Virus record (IMG/VR): IMGVR_UViG_3300014911_000629
DNA length: 64,000 nt
Strand: one strand, 5' to 3'
From: an uncultured virus (IMG/VR IMGVR_UViG_3300014911_000629)
Lineage: Duplodnaviria; Heunggongvirae; Uroviricota; Caudoviricetes
Of the stretch, positions 18,940 to 28,084 are shown piece by piece (positions within the stretch are counted from its first letter, which is position 1; the number at the start of each line of letters is the position of its first letter). A program made the translations under genes and the position numbers. A model generated the notes under the pieces. It had not been told where the DNA came from. It saw only the letters and a list, made by a program, of their open reading frames with translations, and did no database searches.

Positions 18940-20282
18940 TTAAATGCCCACTTGCCTCCGTATTTAACGAGAGCCAAGCATGCAATGCCGACGAGTGCAA
19001 ATAGAGCGGTTTCTACCCACCATGTCGAAGATATATTTACATCTGGAGGTTGTGCAGAACCAACTTGGAAGTGCATGTTGTGGGTTGCTATTGCCTGTGT
19101 TGTGCTGTAAGCATAGTCATATGCTATTATTGTCAAATACCAATCTTTGGTGTATTGTGTCATTCCTGTTGGGCAGTATAGTTTTCCATATACCTCACGT
19201 GTTCGCCCTTTTTCTATTGGGACCCAAGACCATACATCTTCCTTTGGTGCAAGAGTTCCAGAAGCATCTATTTGCCAACTTGCTTGGTCGTATGGTGGTT
19301 TAAATCCTTCTGGTGTATTGGCAAAGGTGTATTGGCTGTCATCTTTCCACATTTGTGATGTTCCATCAATTCCCCAAATTGCAAATGTTACTGGAAGTAG
19401 CATATAGCCATCTGTTGTCTGCACGCCATACATTGCCCACATTGGCTGTTCGTTAGCATCATATACGCATGGTGCTGATGTATAAATATATCCTGCCTGT
19501 GAAGGTATCTTGAAGTATTGTTCAGAAAGCAATACATCGTCCTCGTCCATTTCTCCATCTCCATCAACGTCTCCCCAGCAGAAAACAGACCATACTGGTT
19601 GTCTCCAATCAACAGGACTTGATGAAGACACTCCGAATGTTAGTTTAAATCCAAGATAGTCGCCTTCTGCTGGGTTCTCCGCTAACTGATTTGGAAATTC
19701 TATTGATGTGTGGTAACTGTTTATTACAACTGGCATATTCGGATTGTTCATCAGTTGTGCCAATGTAGATGTGTCAAACGAAATCTCATTAATTGCATCT
19801 GTAAGTTTTACTGCTTTATAGTTGTATCCAGTTGGCTGAATTATCTTAACATCTCCTATGTTTATTACTGCTGGTGTAGCACCAGATACATTTAGAACCT
19901 TTGTTGGCTGTTTTATAACTGGATATGCTGAAGCAACAGATAGCATTACTATCATAAGTATTGCAAGAACCATTGCTATCGGTTTAACTTCAATTGCTGG
20001 CTTTGGTATTTTATCCCTCAAGAATATTGCTATTAAGTATGACACTATGCCACCAATGAACACTGGTAGTAACAAACTCCAGAAACTCCATACGAGTGCA
20101 TCTGTCAATGCAACGAAGAAACCACCGAACAATGCACCGATGAAACCACAGAAGAAAATGTTTCCAAGTATATATAGTGGGTTTTTGCCTTCGCTAATCA
20201 ATAGAGAAACTATTGTTCCTGTTAGCCCGCTTATTCCAATCCATATCAATATTATCTGGTGTGGCAATATATTCTCGAACAT
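18936..20282 (-). CDS. Membrane protein with large extracellular domain
   Basis: N-terminal TMs, DVDGDGEMD dockerin/EF-hand-like loop, C-terminal TM. Confidence 0.7.
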   Translation of the reverse strand: MFENILPHQIILIWIGISGLTGTIVSLLISEGKNPLYILGNIFFCGFIGALFGGFFVALTDALVWSFWSLLLPVFIGGIVSYLIAIFLRDKIPKPAIEVKPIAMVLAILMIVMLSVASAYPVIKQPTKVLNVSGATPAVINIGDVKIIQPTGYNYKAVKLTDAINEISFDTSTLAQLMNNPNMPVVINSYHTSIEFPNQLAENPAEGDYLGFKLTFGVSSSSPVDWRQPVWSVFCWGDVDGDGEMDEDDVLLSEQYFKIPSQAGYIYTSAPCVYDANEQPMWAMYGVQTTDGYMLLPVTFAIWGIDGTSQMWKDDSQYTFANTPEGFKPPYDQASWQIDASGTLAPKEDVWSWVPIEKGRTREVYGKLYCPTGMTQYTKDWYLTIIAYDYAYSTTQAIATHNMHFQVGSAQPPDVNISSTWWVETALFALVGIACLALVKYGGKWAFK

Positions 20283-20283
20283 T

Positions 20284-20547
20284 TTAACTCACCCCCTTTT
20301 TCGGAAATAAATACCTTTTCGCCAGAACGGCGACACATATCATTGCAAGCAATGCTACAGCAATGTAGAGAAGTCCCTTACCTATTGTTTCAAGATTTGC
20401 GAGTATCATCCATGTAAGCAAGAAAAAGCCCCCTGCTATCAGTATTATTAGCACAATGCCTATTATTGCCATTGTCCCCATTGCTCTTTTGTCTCTAACC
20501 ATTTGCCCTAACTTTCTTCCCAACTTTCTAAATATTTTCCCATTCAT
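20284..20547 (-). CDS. Small two-TM protein with class III (pilin-type) signal peptide
   Basis: Basic leader ending DKRA|MG followed by a hydrophobic helix. Confidence 0.55.
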   Translation of the reverse strand: MNGKIFRKLGRKLGQMVRDKRAMGTMAIIGIVLIILIAGGFFLLTWMILANLETIGKGLLYIAVALLAMICVAVLAKRYLFPKKGVS

Positions 20548-21227
20548 TTTTCCTCACCTGCCCTCCATTCTTTCTTAATTTTAGAGGAGGACAATGATAT
20601 AAATTTTTTGCCTTCTTTATAAACAAACCTTACATACCTAATTATCAAGATGATTGCAATAATAATAAGGATTGGAATTAACATCATACCTATTGAAGGA
20701 AGTTCAGCATGAAAATTAGATATTTCAAAACCGAATATTTTGAAACCTTTATAGAGATATATCGGTGCAAAAAGATTATCTATCCAGTTACCCTGCTCAA
20801 CATTAAATTTATAGACAAAAACAGTTGGATTGAAGTCAGTAATATCTGCCTTAAACTGTCCTTCTATTGTCCATTCTCCTTCTGGATAAAACCACATATT
20901 CGGAAGTTGTATCTCAAATTTATCATATGCCCACCAACCACCAGTTAGAGACGCCTGCCATGCATCAGGCGTATGCACCCACTTATAAACAACTCTGCCT
21001 TCGCTATCCTTCAATACCCACTCTGCACGTATCTTTCCTATATTCTGTATTCCACTGTCCTGCATTTCAACAATTAGCCAACTTCCTCCAGTAAAAGTAT
21101 AATAAGATGAATATGTTTCAACATTATTTGCACTACTATCTGGTGAGAAAAATGTTATAGAGCAAAATAACAAAAATAAAGGAATGAGGGTTGAAATCAA
21201 TTTTTTCGGCATCATGGTTTCCTCCAT
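20544..21227 (-). CDS. Membrane-anchored exported protein, paralog of 21212-22027
   Basis: Signal, GEWTI..F, G.W.D.LF.APIY, TM, KKEWR tail. Confidence 0.7.
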   Translation of the reverse strand: MEETMMPKKLISTLIPLFLLFCSITFFSPDSSANNVETYSSYYTFTGGSWLIVEMQDSGIQNIGKIRAEWVLKDSEGRVVYKWVHTPDAWQASLTGGWWAYDKFEIQLPNMWFYPEGEWTIEGQFKADITDFNPTVFVYKFNVEQGNWIDNLFAPIYLYKGFKIFGFEISNFHAELPSIGMMLIPILIIIAIILIIRYVRFVYKEGKKFISLSSSKIKKEWRAGEEK

Positions 21228-22027
21228 TCTCTTTTTGCTTCTTTAGTCGCTTTTACTGCCTTCTTTATTGCTCTAACCGCTCCAACTACTGAATGAGTGT
21301 ATATCACAAGTATAATGAAGAATATCAGGAATATCCATATAGGTGATAACCACCAGAACAGTGGTATTGTTTTATGTCCAGCGATGTATATAGGTGCTTT
21401 GAAGATTAAATCAACCCAAGAACCCCTGACTACTGGAAATGCAAGCATATATGAATTTCCTTCTTCATCAACTACTGGACCCTCTCCGCCATAAGAACCA
21501 TCCTCGAATTTGAAGTATGCTCTAACTGCCCAATCGCCATATCTTTCTGGAAGGAACAGTGCTGGTATAACGAATTCATTGTGGTCAGCAAATGCATATC
21601 TATAACCATCGAAATCTCCTTCATATATCACTGCTGGTTTCTTTTCTACCTTGTAAAATCTATGCATCTGTGGGTCATAGTATTCCCATATACATTTTAC
21701 TGGCTTTACATTTGATAGCCAGTAACCTTTCTGCAATGAAGAACCATCATAGATATAAGGACACCAACAGTAAAATATTGATGCTGGTGTGTATCCTTGA
21801 AATTCGGAGAGACCTATCTGGCTTGCACTCACAAGTGCAACATCATGGCTATCGCTATCATCCCACTGCTCCCAGTAACCAATTTTATAATCGCCATTTA
21901 CAGATGTTGTTGTAGAAAGTGTGCTACTGCTAACTAATGGGATAAAGAGAATAGCCGAAATCAATGTAATCAAAGCAATTGTTTTGTATCTATGTATCAT
22001 TGTAATCACCCTACTTTTTACTGACAA
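21212..22027 (-). CDS. Membrane-anchored exported protein, paralog of 20544-21227
   Basis: Signal, GDWAV..F, GSWVDLIFKAPIY, TM, KREWR tail. Confidence 0.7.
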   Translation of the reverse strand: MSVKSRVITMIHRYKTIALITLISAILFIPLVSSSTLSTTTSVNGDYKIGYWEQWDDSDSHDVALVSASQIGLSEFQGYTPASIFYCWCPYIYDGSSLQKGYWLSNVKPVKCIWEYYDPQMHRFYKVEKKPAVIYEGDFDGYRYAFADHNEFVIPALFLPERYGDWAVRAYFKFEDGSYGGEGPVVDEEGNSYMLAFPVVRGSWVDLIFKAPIYIAGHKTIPLFWWLSPIWIFLIFFIILVIYTHSVVGAVRAIKKAVKATKEAKREWRKP

Positions 22028-23138
22028 GACATAGCACTGCTATTATTGCTACTATAACTGCTATAAAACCAATGATAAATTCGACATTGTATCCTCTCTC
22101 TGTTGGCGTTGGAGGTATTGGCTGTTGTGCTGGCGTCCATTTCATATAAACGTCATTGAGACCGTCCTCAAGTTCTATATCTTCAATATATATGCTACCT
22201 GTTGTAAATTCCACCTGCTCATCGTTGATGTATATTTCGAGAGAGTTAATGTCCAACTGTGGGAAGTAATCTCTCCATTCAGCACTTGTTGGGTCTATTG
22301 TCCATGTAACATTGTCTTCATCTTCATATGCCTTAATTCTCATGTATAGTTCGTATTCTCCATAAGCATTTCTTGATGGAGTGCCTATTGACTTTACATA
22401 AGGTCCCTGCTTCTGGTAGGAGACATACTTGTTTATTGATTGTCCAGAGTTGAGAGCAGAAATCAATATATTTGTTGAGGATGGATTTAATGCCTGATAT
22501 GGATAGGAGAATGTTATGTTTATATTTGTCAGGTCAATTGTAGCGTCGTTAGTAACATGTATTTTATCCTCAACAGAATACCATGTATCATCCTTATTCA
22601 TCTCTATGTGAGGAGTTGTCTTTACCCACTCTGTTACTGTTGCTACACTGTTGATGTTTATAACAGTGCCATCATTTATCACTATTGTTATATTTAGATA
22701 CTCATCATCCGTCTGGTTGCAGTTAAATGACCAGTTGATATACGTCAATGATGTGTTACCGCCAGCAGTTGTATAATCTGTCTTTGTTTTTGTAAGTGTA
22801 GCACCAGAGGCAACAGTAGCACCATCCATAAGTTTAACGCCATTAACTGTGAGATTTACCTTTATTGGTATGGTCTCATTGTTCCAAACTGTAAAATTCA
22901 TATAATCAATCTGTGAAATATTAACGCCTCCCCACAGTTTTATGCTACCGCTTATGTTGCTACCTGCACCGCCTGCTGGCATGTAAAGATTACTAACAGA
23001 ATAATCGCCATCAAATGTTATTGATGTTATTGTAATGGTTTCTCTGCCACTGACATAAGTTTCAGCATCAACTGGTATATTTGCAACTAAAAGAAAAGCC
23101 AATGCCGTTACTACCAGAGCAAATATTTTTCCTTTCAT
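22011..23138 (-). CDS. Membrane-anchored surface glycoprotein
   Basis: Signal peptide, many N-x-S/T sequons, Pro linker, C-terminal TM. Confidence 0.7.
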   Translation of the reverse strand: MKGKIFALVVTALAFLLVANIPVDAETYVSGRETITITSITFDGDYSVSNLYMPAGGAGSNISGSIKLWGGVNISQIDYMNFTVWNNETIPIKVNLTVNGVKLMDGATVASGATLTKTKTDYTTAGGNTSLTYINWSFNCNQTDDEYLNITIVINDGTVININSVATVTEWVKTTPHIEMNKDDTWYSVEDKIHVTNDATIDLTNINITFSYPYQALNPSSTNILISALNSGQSINKYVSYQKQGPYVKSIGTPSRNAYGEYELYMRIKAYEDEDNVTWTIDPTSAEWRDYFPQLDINSLEIYINDEQVEFTTGSIYIEDIELEDGLNDVYMKWTPAQQPIPPTPTERGYNVEFIIGFIAVIVAIIAVLCLVSKK

Positions 23139-23200
23139 TTTTCCACCTACATATGCTCACCTGCTTTTAAAGATTAAAGAGGGGGGAGAAGTTACTGTAT

Positions 23201-23809
23201 TTACGTAAGCACCGTAAATTCTGCCATGTCGTATGCACTATCTCCCTGAAGTATGTAGATTGTCATATCATAACTCTTGCCATCACTGAATGTATCGGTG
23301 TCTGCCTCAAGAACCTTTACTCCTATTATTATCTGCACATTACTGTTACTCTCTATTGTTCCTAACTCGAAACCTCCATTAGGATTATACTGACCATCCC
23401 TGAAAAGATAATATGTCTTTGTCATGTATCCAGTTGAAACTTTGATATATACCTCGAACTCATCAACCTTCAATGCACTTGGAAGCCCCTCTCTACCATT
23501 TATGTCATTGACAAGAGAAATCTCTACGTTTGTAGCATCTCTTGTATCATTATTCCAGATTGTTATAGTAGCGGTTTTTTCGGTATCGGCTGATACAGAA
23601 CCGTTGGCATCAATAGCAGTGCTAAAATTAAATACAGTTGTATTCTGGACAATATCAAGTGTAGCAACAGCAGTTGGCACTTCCTCCGTTGGTATCCAAG
23701 CAGGTGCTTCCTCGACTTGTCTGCTCTCATACCATTTGTATCCTGCTATCCCTACTACCGCACCAATCAATATACACGCCGATATTATGGCAAACAATTT
23801 TCCGCTCAT
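23201..23809 (-). CDS. N-terminally anchored beta-rich protein; first gene of the large envelope operon
   Basis: Start MSGK after GGTGAG SD; own TATA box; pyrimidine tract downstream. Confidence 0.7.
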   Translation of the reverse strand: MSGKLFAIISACILIGAVVGIAGYKWYESRQVEEAPAWIPTEEVPTAVATLDIVQNTTVFNFSTAIDANGSVSADTEKTATITIWNNDTRDATNVEISLVNDINGREGLPSALKVDEFEVYIKVSTGYMTKTYYLFRDGQYNPNGGFELGTIESNSNVQIIIGVKVLEADTDTFSDGKSYDMTIYILQGDSAYDMAEFTVLT

Positions 23810-23962
23810 TTTCTCACCAATTAGTAAATACAAAAAGGGTATTTAAATAAGAAACAAATAAACAGTTTCATAAGATATAACAAAGGCAAAAATCAAACAG
23901 TTTAAAAATTCAAAAATATGAAAATAGGGAAAGAGGTTGAACTGTTCAGTGCGTTGCCTTGT

Positions 23963-24346
23963 CTAAATCTTTATTTCATTGACGAACTCGTTTTTAACTT
24001 TGTCGATTACCATAGAGTATATCACTATAATACCCAACACTGTTCCTATTGGAAATGCAAAGAGCATCAATATTCCTAAAAATGTTGCAAGATACTGTCC
24101 TTCCTTGTATCTCTCTGCTACAAGATAGCCAGTTACTAAATAAAGCACTCCAAATGCAAAACACGTCAATGCTGTAATAGTGCCATCGAAGTTTGCAAAT
24201 TGAGACAATGCTCCTGATGTTTCAAAGAACTTTGACAACTCTGTCCATACGTTTGCAAGGGCAATTCCAAGCACTATGGTTACCACTCCAAGTATTATGA
24301 ACAGCGTTGCTACAACATCCGCCATATCTAACTTATTTTCTGGCAT
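23963..24346 (-). CDS. Membrane protein resembling the N-terminal TM domain of protease 16843-18708
   Basis: FAFPIGTVLGIIVI vs LDIPIGTIIGITII. Confidence 0.7.
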   Translation of the reverse strand: MPENKLDMADVVATLFIILGVVTIVLGIALANVWTELSKFFETSGALSQFANFDGTITALTCFAFGVLYLVTGYLVAERYKEGQYLATFLGILMLFAFPIGTVLGIIVIYSMVIDKVKNEFVNEIKI

Positions 24347-24369
24347 ACAAGTATAATTGTTTCATCAAA

Positions 24370-24413
24370 TATAAAATTTGGTGGGATTAGCGGGAAATCA
24401 GGGAAAATTTATA
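24370..24413. promoter_or_regulatory. Class A promoter, copy 4 (bidirectional; three GGG boxes)
   Basis: tataaaatttggtgggattagcgggaaatcagggaaaatttata; TATA 24 nt from ATG 24346 (-) and 24 nt from ATG 24437 (+). Confidence 0.85.
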
Positions 24414-24436
24414 AAATATTCTCTATTTGATATTTG

Positions 24437-24826
24437 ATGGTAAAGGGTCAAACTATTGTTTCATTTCCAAACTGGCTTGCAAGGATTGCTGGATTTATTG
24501 TTGGTTATCTATTCTCAAGTGAGATAACAAGTATGATACTTTATGCAATAAATCATTTGAGAAGCGATGTTCCAACCATATTTAATATATTGAGCCAGTG
24601 GAATAGTAGTGTTGCAATAATAATAGCAATATTGTTGCTAATATCAATAATAAGCATAATTTCAAAATTCAGGTTGCTTACATTTGGATACTGGTTGCTT
24701 GCTGGTGCTTTAGTTGGCATGATATTGCCTCATATAATGCCATATATACTTGAAAGAATACAGGCACATGGTTATGAAATTCCTGATTGGATAAAAAGAT
24801 ATTTTGGTGGAAATGAAACAGGATGA
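24437..24826 (+). CDS. Membrane protein
   Basis: Three hydrophobic segments. Confidence 0.65.
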   Translation: MVKGQTIVSFPNWLARIAGFIVGYLFSSEITSMILYAINHLRSDVPTIFNILSQWNSSVAIIIAILLLISIISIISKFRLLTFGYWLLAGALVGMILPHIMPYILERIQAHGYEIPDWIKRYFGGNETG

Positions 24827-25376
24827 ATTTGAAGATTATGTTATAAAATACCTTACGAAGCGAAAAGTAGTTAGATTTAGCGATTTGCAGAATTGGTTAT
24901 CAACAGTGATGAAAGACCCGCCAGCGAAGGCAACGCTGTCAATAAAACTTGACAAGATGGCGAAGGAAGGAAAGATTATATCGTGGAATGAAAAGGGTGC
25001 AAGATATATAGCATTGCCATGCGAACATGAAGAATTGAAAAGCAGAATAATGAATAAAATGGAGGATTTATCTTTAAAGAAGGATAAGGTAACGATTGAT
25101 GAACTTGCAGAAGAAATAAAGTTGCCGAAGGAAATGATAAGTCAGGCAATAACTGATTTAGTATCGGAAGGGAAAATAATGAATACAACAATAGATGGGG
25201 TTACATATTATAAGTTGCCACCAATACATGCGTCAATAAAGATTGGAACAGCATTTACGATTTTAATGCTTGTGCTGTATTTAATCGGAGAGAATGCAAT
25301 AAGCAAGGAGGCGTTATTTGTTGTAGCACTGCTAATAATTTTGATTATGACAATACTGTGGTATAAGATAAGGTAA
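24804..25376 (+). CDS. Membrane-tethered double winged-helix protein
   Basis: Two wHTH-like repeats (LDKMAKEGKI, ITDLVSEGKI) followed by two C-terminal TMs. Confidence 0.7.
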   Translation: MVEMKQDEFEDYVIKYLTKRKVVRFSDLQNWLSTVMKDPPAKATLSIKLDKMAKEGKIISWNEKGARYIALPCEHEELKSRIMNKMEDLSLKKDKVTIDELAEEIKLPKEMISQAITDLVSEGKIMNTTIDGVTYYKLPPIHASIKIGTAFTILMLVLYLIGENAISKEALFVVALLIILIMTILWYKIR

Positions 25377-25411
25377 ATTTTACAAAATTCATAGAATTTG
25401 TAAATTTTACT

Positions 25412-25699
25412 TTACGAACTTTCTATATGCTCACTTATGCAATCCCAGTAGTTGTCATATCCCATCTGCCTATAATTGTCCTTGCATACTTCAACAGCAT
25501 GAGCAAATATTTTCATTCTTCTTTGCATCTGTGGTGGTAAATTTCCCTTGACAATCTTTTCTTTACAGAACTCTTTTTCCTGTTCATCAGACAAAACTCC
25601 TATCGCACCTATACTGTAACATATCTCCTTTCCATCGTCATATACATAGCATGTGCATGGAGAGTGTCTTGCTACTTCTTTATCAACTATTATTGCCAT
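25412..25699 (-). CDS. Small Cys-rich protein, SPCTCY family copy 2
   Basis: Paralog of 4303-4617. Confidence 0.8.
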   Translation of the reverse strand: MAIIVDKEVARHSPCTCYVYDDGKEICYSIGAIGVLSDEQEKEFCKEKIVKGNLPPQMQRRMKIFAHAVEVCKDNYRQMGYDNYWDCISEHIESS

Positions 25700-25702
25700 T
25701 GT

Positions 25703-25948
25703 CTAACCTCTTTTATATATTTTTACAACCCTTTCAATTTCATGAAGTATTGCCTTTCTTGTTTCTTCATTATACGCAGATAAATCTTTTGAAATTTCCT
25801 TAAATAGTTCATCTGGCAACTCTATTTTAATTGGTAAATCATCGACATCAACTTTGCATACTATTGTATTGATTTCTGGAAGAAATTTACATTCTTTGCC
25901 ATTTTCTATTTCAATCTTAACCTCCCTTTTTATTTTAGCCATTTTCAC
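25703..25948 (-). CDS. Hypothetical small protein
   Basis: In operon; two Cys. Confidence 0.65.
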   Translation of the reverse strand: MKMAKIKREVKIEIENGKECKFLPEINTIVCKVDVDDLPIKIELPDELFKEISKDLSAYNEETRKAILHEIERVVKIYKRG

Positions 25949-26211
25949 ACCTTACATTCACAAGAACATCTTTTTATGAAATCCTGTATTTCTTCATCAA
26001 GTAATAAGTTATATGTTCTATAATCCCATGCTGATATTTCTCCAGTAACTCTCTTACTCTTTATCAACTCTGCCACATGCTTAACATGTGCAAGTGCTTC
26101 TGGTCTGCACGCCTCCACCGCCTCATGGAGAACACGCATACTGCTATCTATGCGTTTCAATGCATATGACCTTTCAACTTCACTAACTACCGCCATCTTA
26201 ACCACCTTCAA
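25945..26211 (-). CDS. Hypothetical small protein
   Basis: In operon; C-terminal CSCEC. Confidence 0.6.
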   Translation of the reverse strand: MKVVKMAVVSEVERSYALKRIDSSMRVLHEAVEACRPEALAHVKHVAELIKSKRVTGEISAWDYRTYNLLLDEEIQDFIKRCSCECKV

Positions 26212-26560
26212 TATAATCTTTTATAAAATCATATCTTTTTTCATTTAATACACATTCTCCCAATCCATCTTCATCTACTTCTTCACAAACATCAATCGCA
26301 CAAAGTTCAAAGTTATGCAGTTCATCACATTTATCCATTATTCTTTTTGCTACTTGCTCTGCTGTTTTAAGGTCTTTAATATTTTCTATTAATGCCAATG
26401 CAACATCACCAAAATCATGAATTACGACAGAATATGTGCCTTCCTCATCGCCATATGAAATTCCTATTCCTCCAGTTACTTGTTTTTTCATTCTCCAAAA
26501 TTTATAAAAATCTGTTGGATGTCGTAACATTCTTTTATCTTCAACCCATACCTTCGCCAT
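26198..26560 (-). CDS. Hypothetical protein
   Basis: GGTGA SD; in operon. Confidence 0.65.
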   Translation of the reverse strand: MAKVWVEDKRMLRHPTDFYKFWRMKKQVTGGIGISYGDEEGTYSVVIHDFGDVALALIENIKDLKTAEQVAKRIMDKCDELHNFELCAIDVCEEVDEDGLGECVLNEKRYDFIKDYIEGG

Positions 26561-26570
26561 TTTTAATCAC

Positions 26571-26903
26571 CTATAAATCTTCCCAAACTTCTCTTTCAAA
26601 ATCATATTTTCCTTTTAGATTGCACCACATAATACCTGTTTCTCTATCAATCTCGCATGCTTTTTTGCCATTTATTGTTATAACTCTAATTCTATCCTCG
26701 TCGGCAACAGGTCGTCCTTTACCCAATCTTTTAACACCTTGTAATCTTGGTGCAATTGGTTTATCTCTATACATTCTAATCCTTACAGCCCTATCATGAT
26801 GTCGTTCATCAAAATGCAAAGAAACAGAAATCCAATCTTTCGCCCTTGCTGTTCTTAATGTTTTTATCAAGTCAGTTTCGGCAGAGAGATATAACTTTGC
26901 CAT
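26571..26903 (-). CDS. Basic hypothetical protein
   Basis: First gene behind a class A promoter. Confidence 0.7.
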   Translation of the reverse strand: MAKLYLSAETDLIKTLRTARAKDWISVSLHFDERHHDRAVRIRMYRDKPIAPRLQGVKRLGKGRPVADEDRIRVITINGKKACEIDRETGIMWCNLKGKYDFEREVWEDL

Positions 26904-26925
26904 ACTACTAAATATTTAATTAAAA

Positions 26926-26953
26926 TATAAATTTTGGTGGGAATAGTGGGAAA
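26926..26953 (-). promoter_or_regulatory. Class A promoter, copy 5
   Basis: tataaattttggtgggaatagtgggaaa; 23 nt from ATG 26903. Confidence 0.85.
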
Positions 26954-26981
26954 CACTGGTAGCAAAAGGCATCCCATCCCA

Positions 26982-27482
26982 CTATAACAGTTTCTTGAAC
27001 CAATCAATACCTGTCTTTTCTTTAAGATTTTCCCTGTATTTACCACTGACAAATGCCATCTCTGTCTTTGCATTTGAAATCATAACCGATGCTTGTCCAA
27101 GTTCTTCTCCAATCTCTTTAGCCAAATCGAATACAAAGTCCAAATCCTTCAATCTTATCTTTGTTTTGTCTTCATCGCCTTCAAAGTTCCTTATTGAATA
27201 TATCTCTGCATTTTCCTCACATACGAGTTTTCCATCCTCATCCTCCCAGCATCCAAGAACTGAAGGTATTACTGTTACACCGCCGAAATGTCGTGCCATC
27301 TTCCTTACCTTCTTCTCTATCACTTCTGGCTTTATCTTTCTCCCAGAATTGTCGTATTTTGGTATTATTATTGAATATTTTATATCGTCTATTTTCTCAA
27401 GTTCCCGCTCAACCATTATCCTCTCATTTTCCTTTACTAACGCCATTTCAACCACCCTTTTTACCACATATTCCACATCCAC
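26982..27482 (-). CDS. DUF3574-like protein (likely start 27446)
   Basis: IIPKYDNSG...FGGVT.....G.W....G....E pattern. Confidence 0.5.
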   Translation of the reverse strand: MDVEYVVKRVVEMALVKENERIMVERELEKIDDIKYSIIIPKYDNSGRKIKPEVIEKKVRKMARHFGGVTVIPSVLGCWEDEDGKLVCEENAEIYSIRNFEGDEDKTKIRLKDLDFVFDLAKEIGEELGQASVMISNAKTEMAFVSGKYRENLKEKTGIDWFKKLL

Positions 27483-28080
27483 CTTCTCCTATTAAGCAAA
27501 AGCAAGGTATAACCAATAATACAAGGAAAACGCATATTAAAGCATTCATGCATCCTCCATAACAACCTTCCACTAATGGGCAACAGCACCCCCAACCGCA
27601 TTCACAACTATAAATAGATGGTCTTGCTTTTATTTGCCTGATTGTAGTTGAAATTGCCTCTCTTAATCCAATCTTTGTATGTATATAAATCATGGCAAAG
27701 ATGAACTCGTATAATGCAAATGTTAAAATCTTAAACGGTATTGATGCTGGCATTATGATGAAGTATGTGGTTACTCCACAACCAAGTAAGAAACCAGTTA
27801 TAAATCTAATTTTGTTGTTGCCTTCACGAATGCCTAATTTTATGCTTGACCAATCAAATATCGCTGGAATTGCTAAAAACCACGATAGAAGAAATGCCGT
27901 TGTAAAATCAATTTTTAAATAGCCAAAAACAAATGGCAGTGCTAAAATGAGTGAAGAAAATATACCAATTATTTTTCCAAAGCATCTCGCACATGGTTTA
28001 ATTTTTCTGCCAAATATATTCAATTCTATGTAATGCTCGTTATGTTCTAAAGCCCTTATCATATATTCTGTTACCTTCAT
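27448..28080 (-). CDS. DUF2085-like membrane protein with Cys-rich C-terminal extension
   Basis: PCARCFG, P..FDW, NNKIRFITGFLLG; tail SCECGWGCCCP... Confidence 0.7.
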   Translation of the reverse strand: MKVTEYMIRALEHNEHYIELNIFGRKIKPCARCFGKIIGIFSSLILALPFVFGYLKIDFTTAFLLSWFLAIPAIFDWSSIKLGIREGNNKIRFITGFLLGCGVTTYFIIMPASIPFKILTFALYEFIFAMIYIHTKIGLREAISTTIRQIKARPSIYSCECGWGCCCPLVEGCYGGCMNALICVFLVLLVIPCFCLIGEGGCGICGKKGG

Positions 28081-28084
28081 TTCA

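Noticed and set aside
25324..25342. 19-bp match to 3274-3292 (TAGCACTGCTAATAATTTT)
   Set aside because: Lies within a TM-coding segment (ALLII) in AT-rich DNA and lacks the rest of the element; plausibly chance
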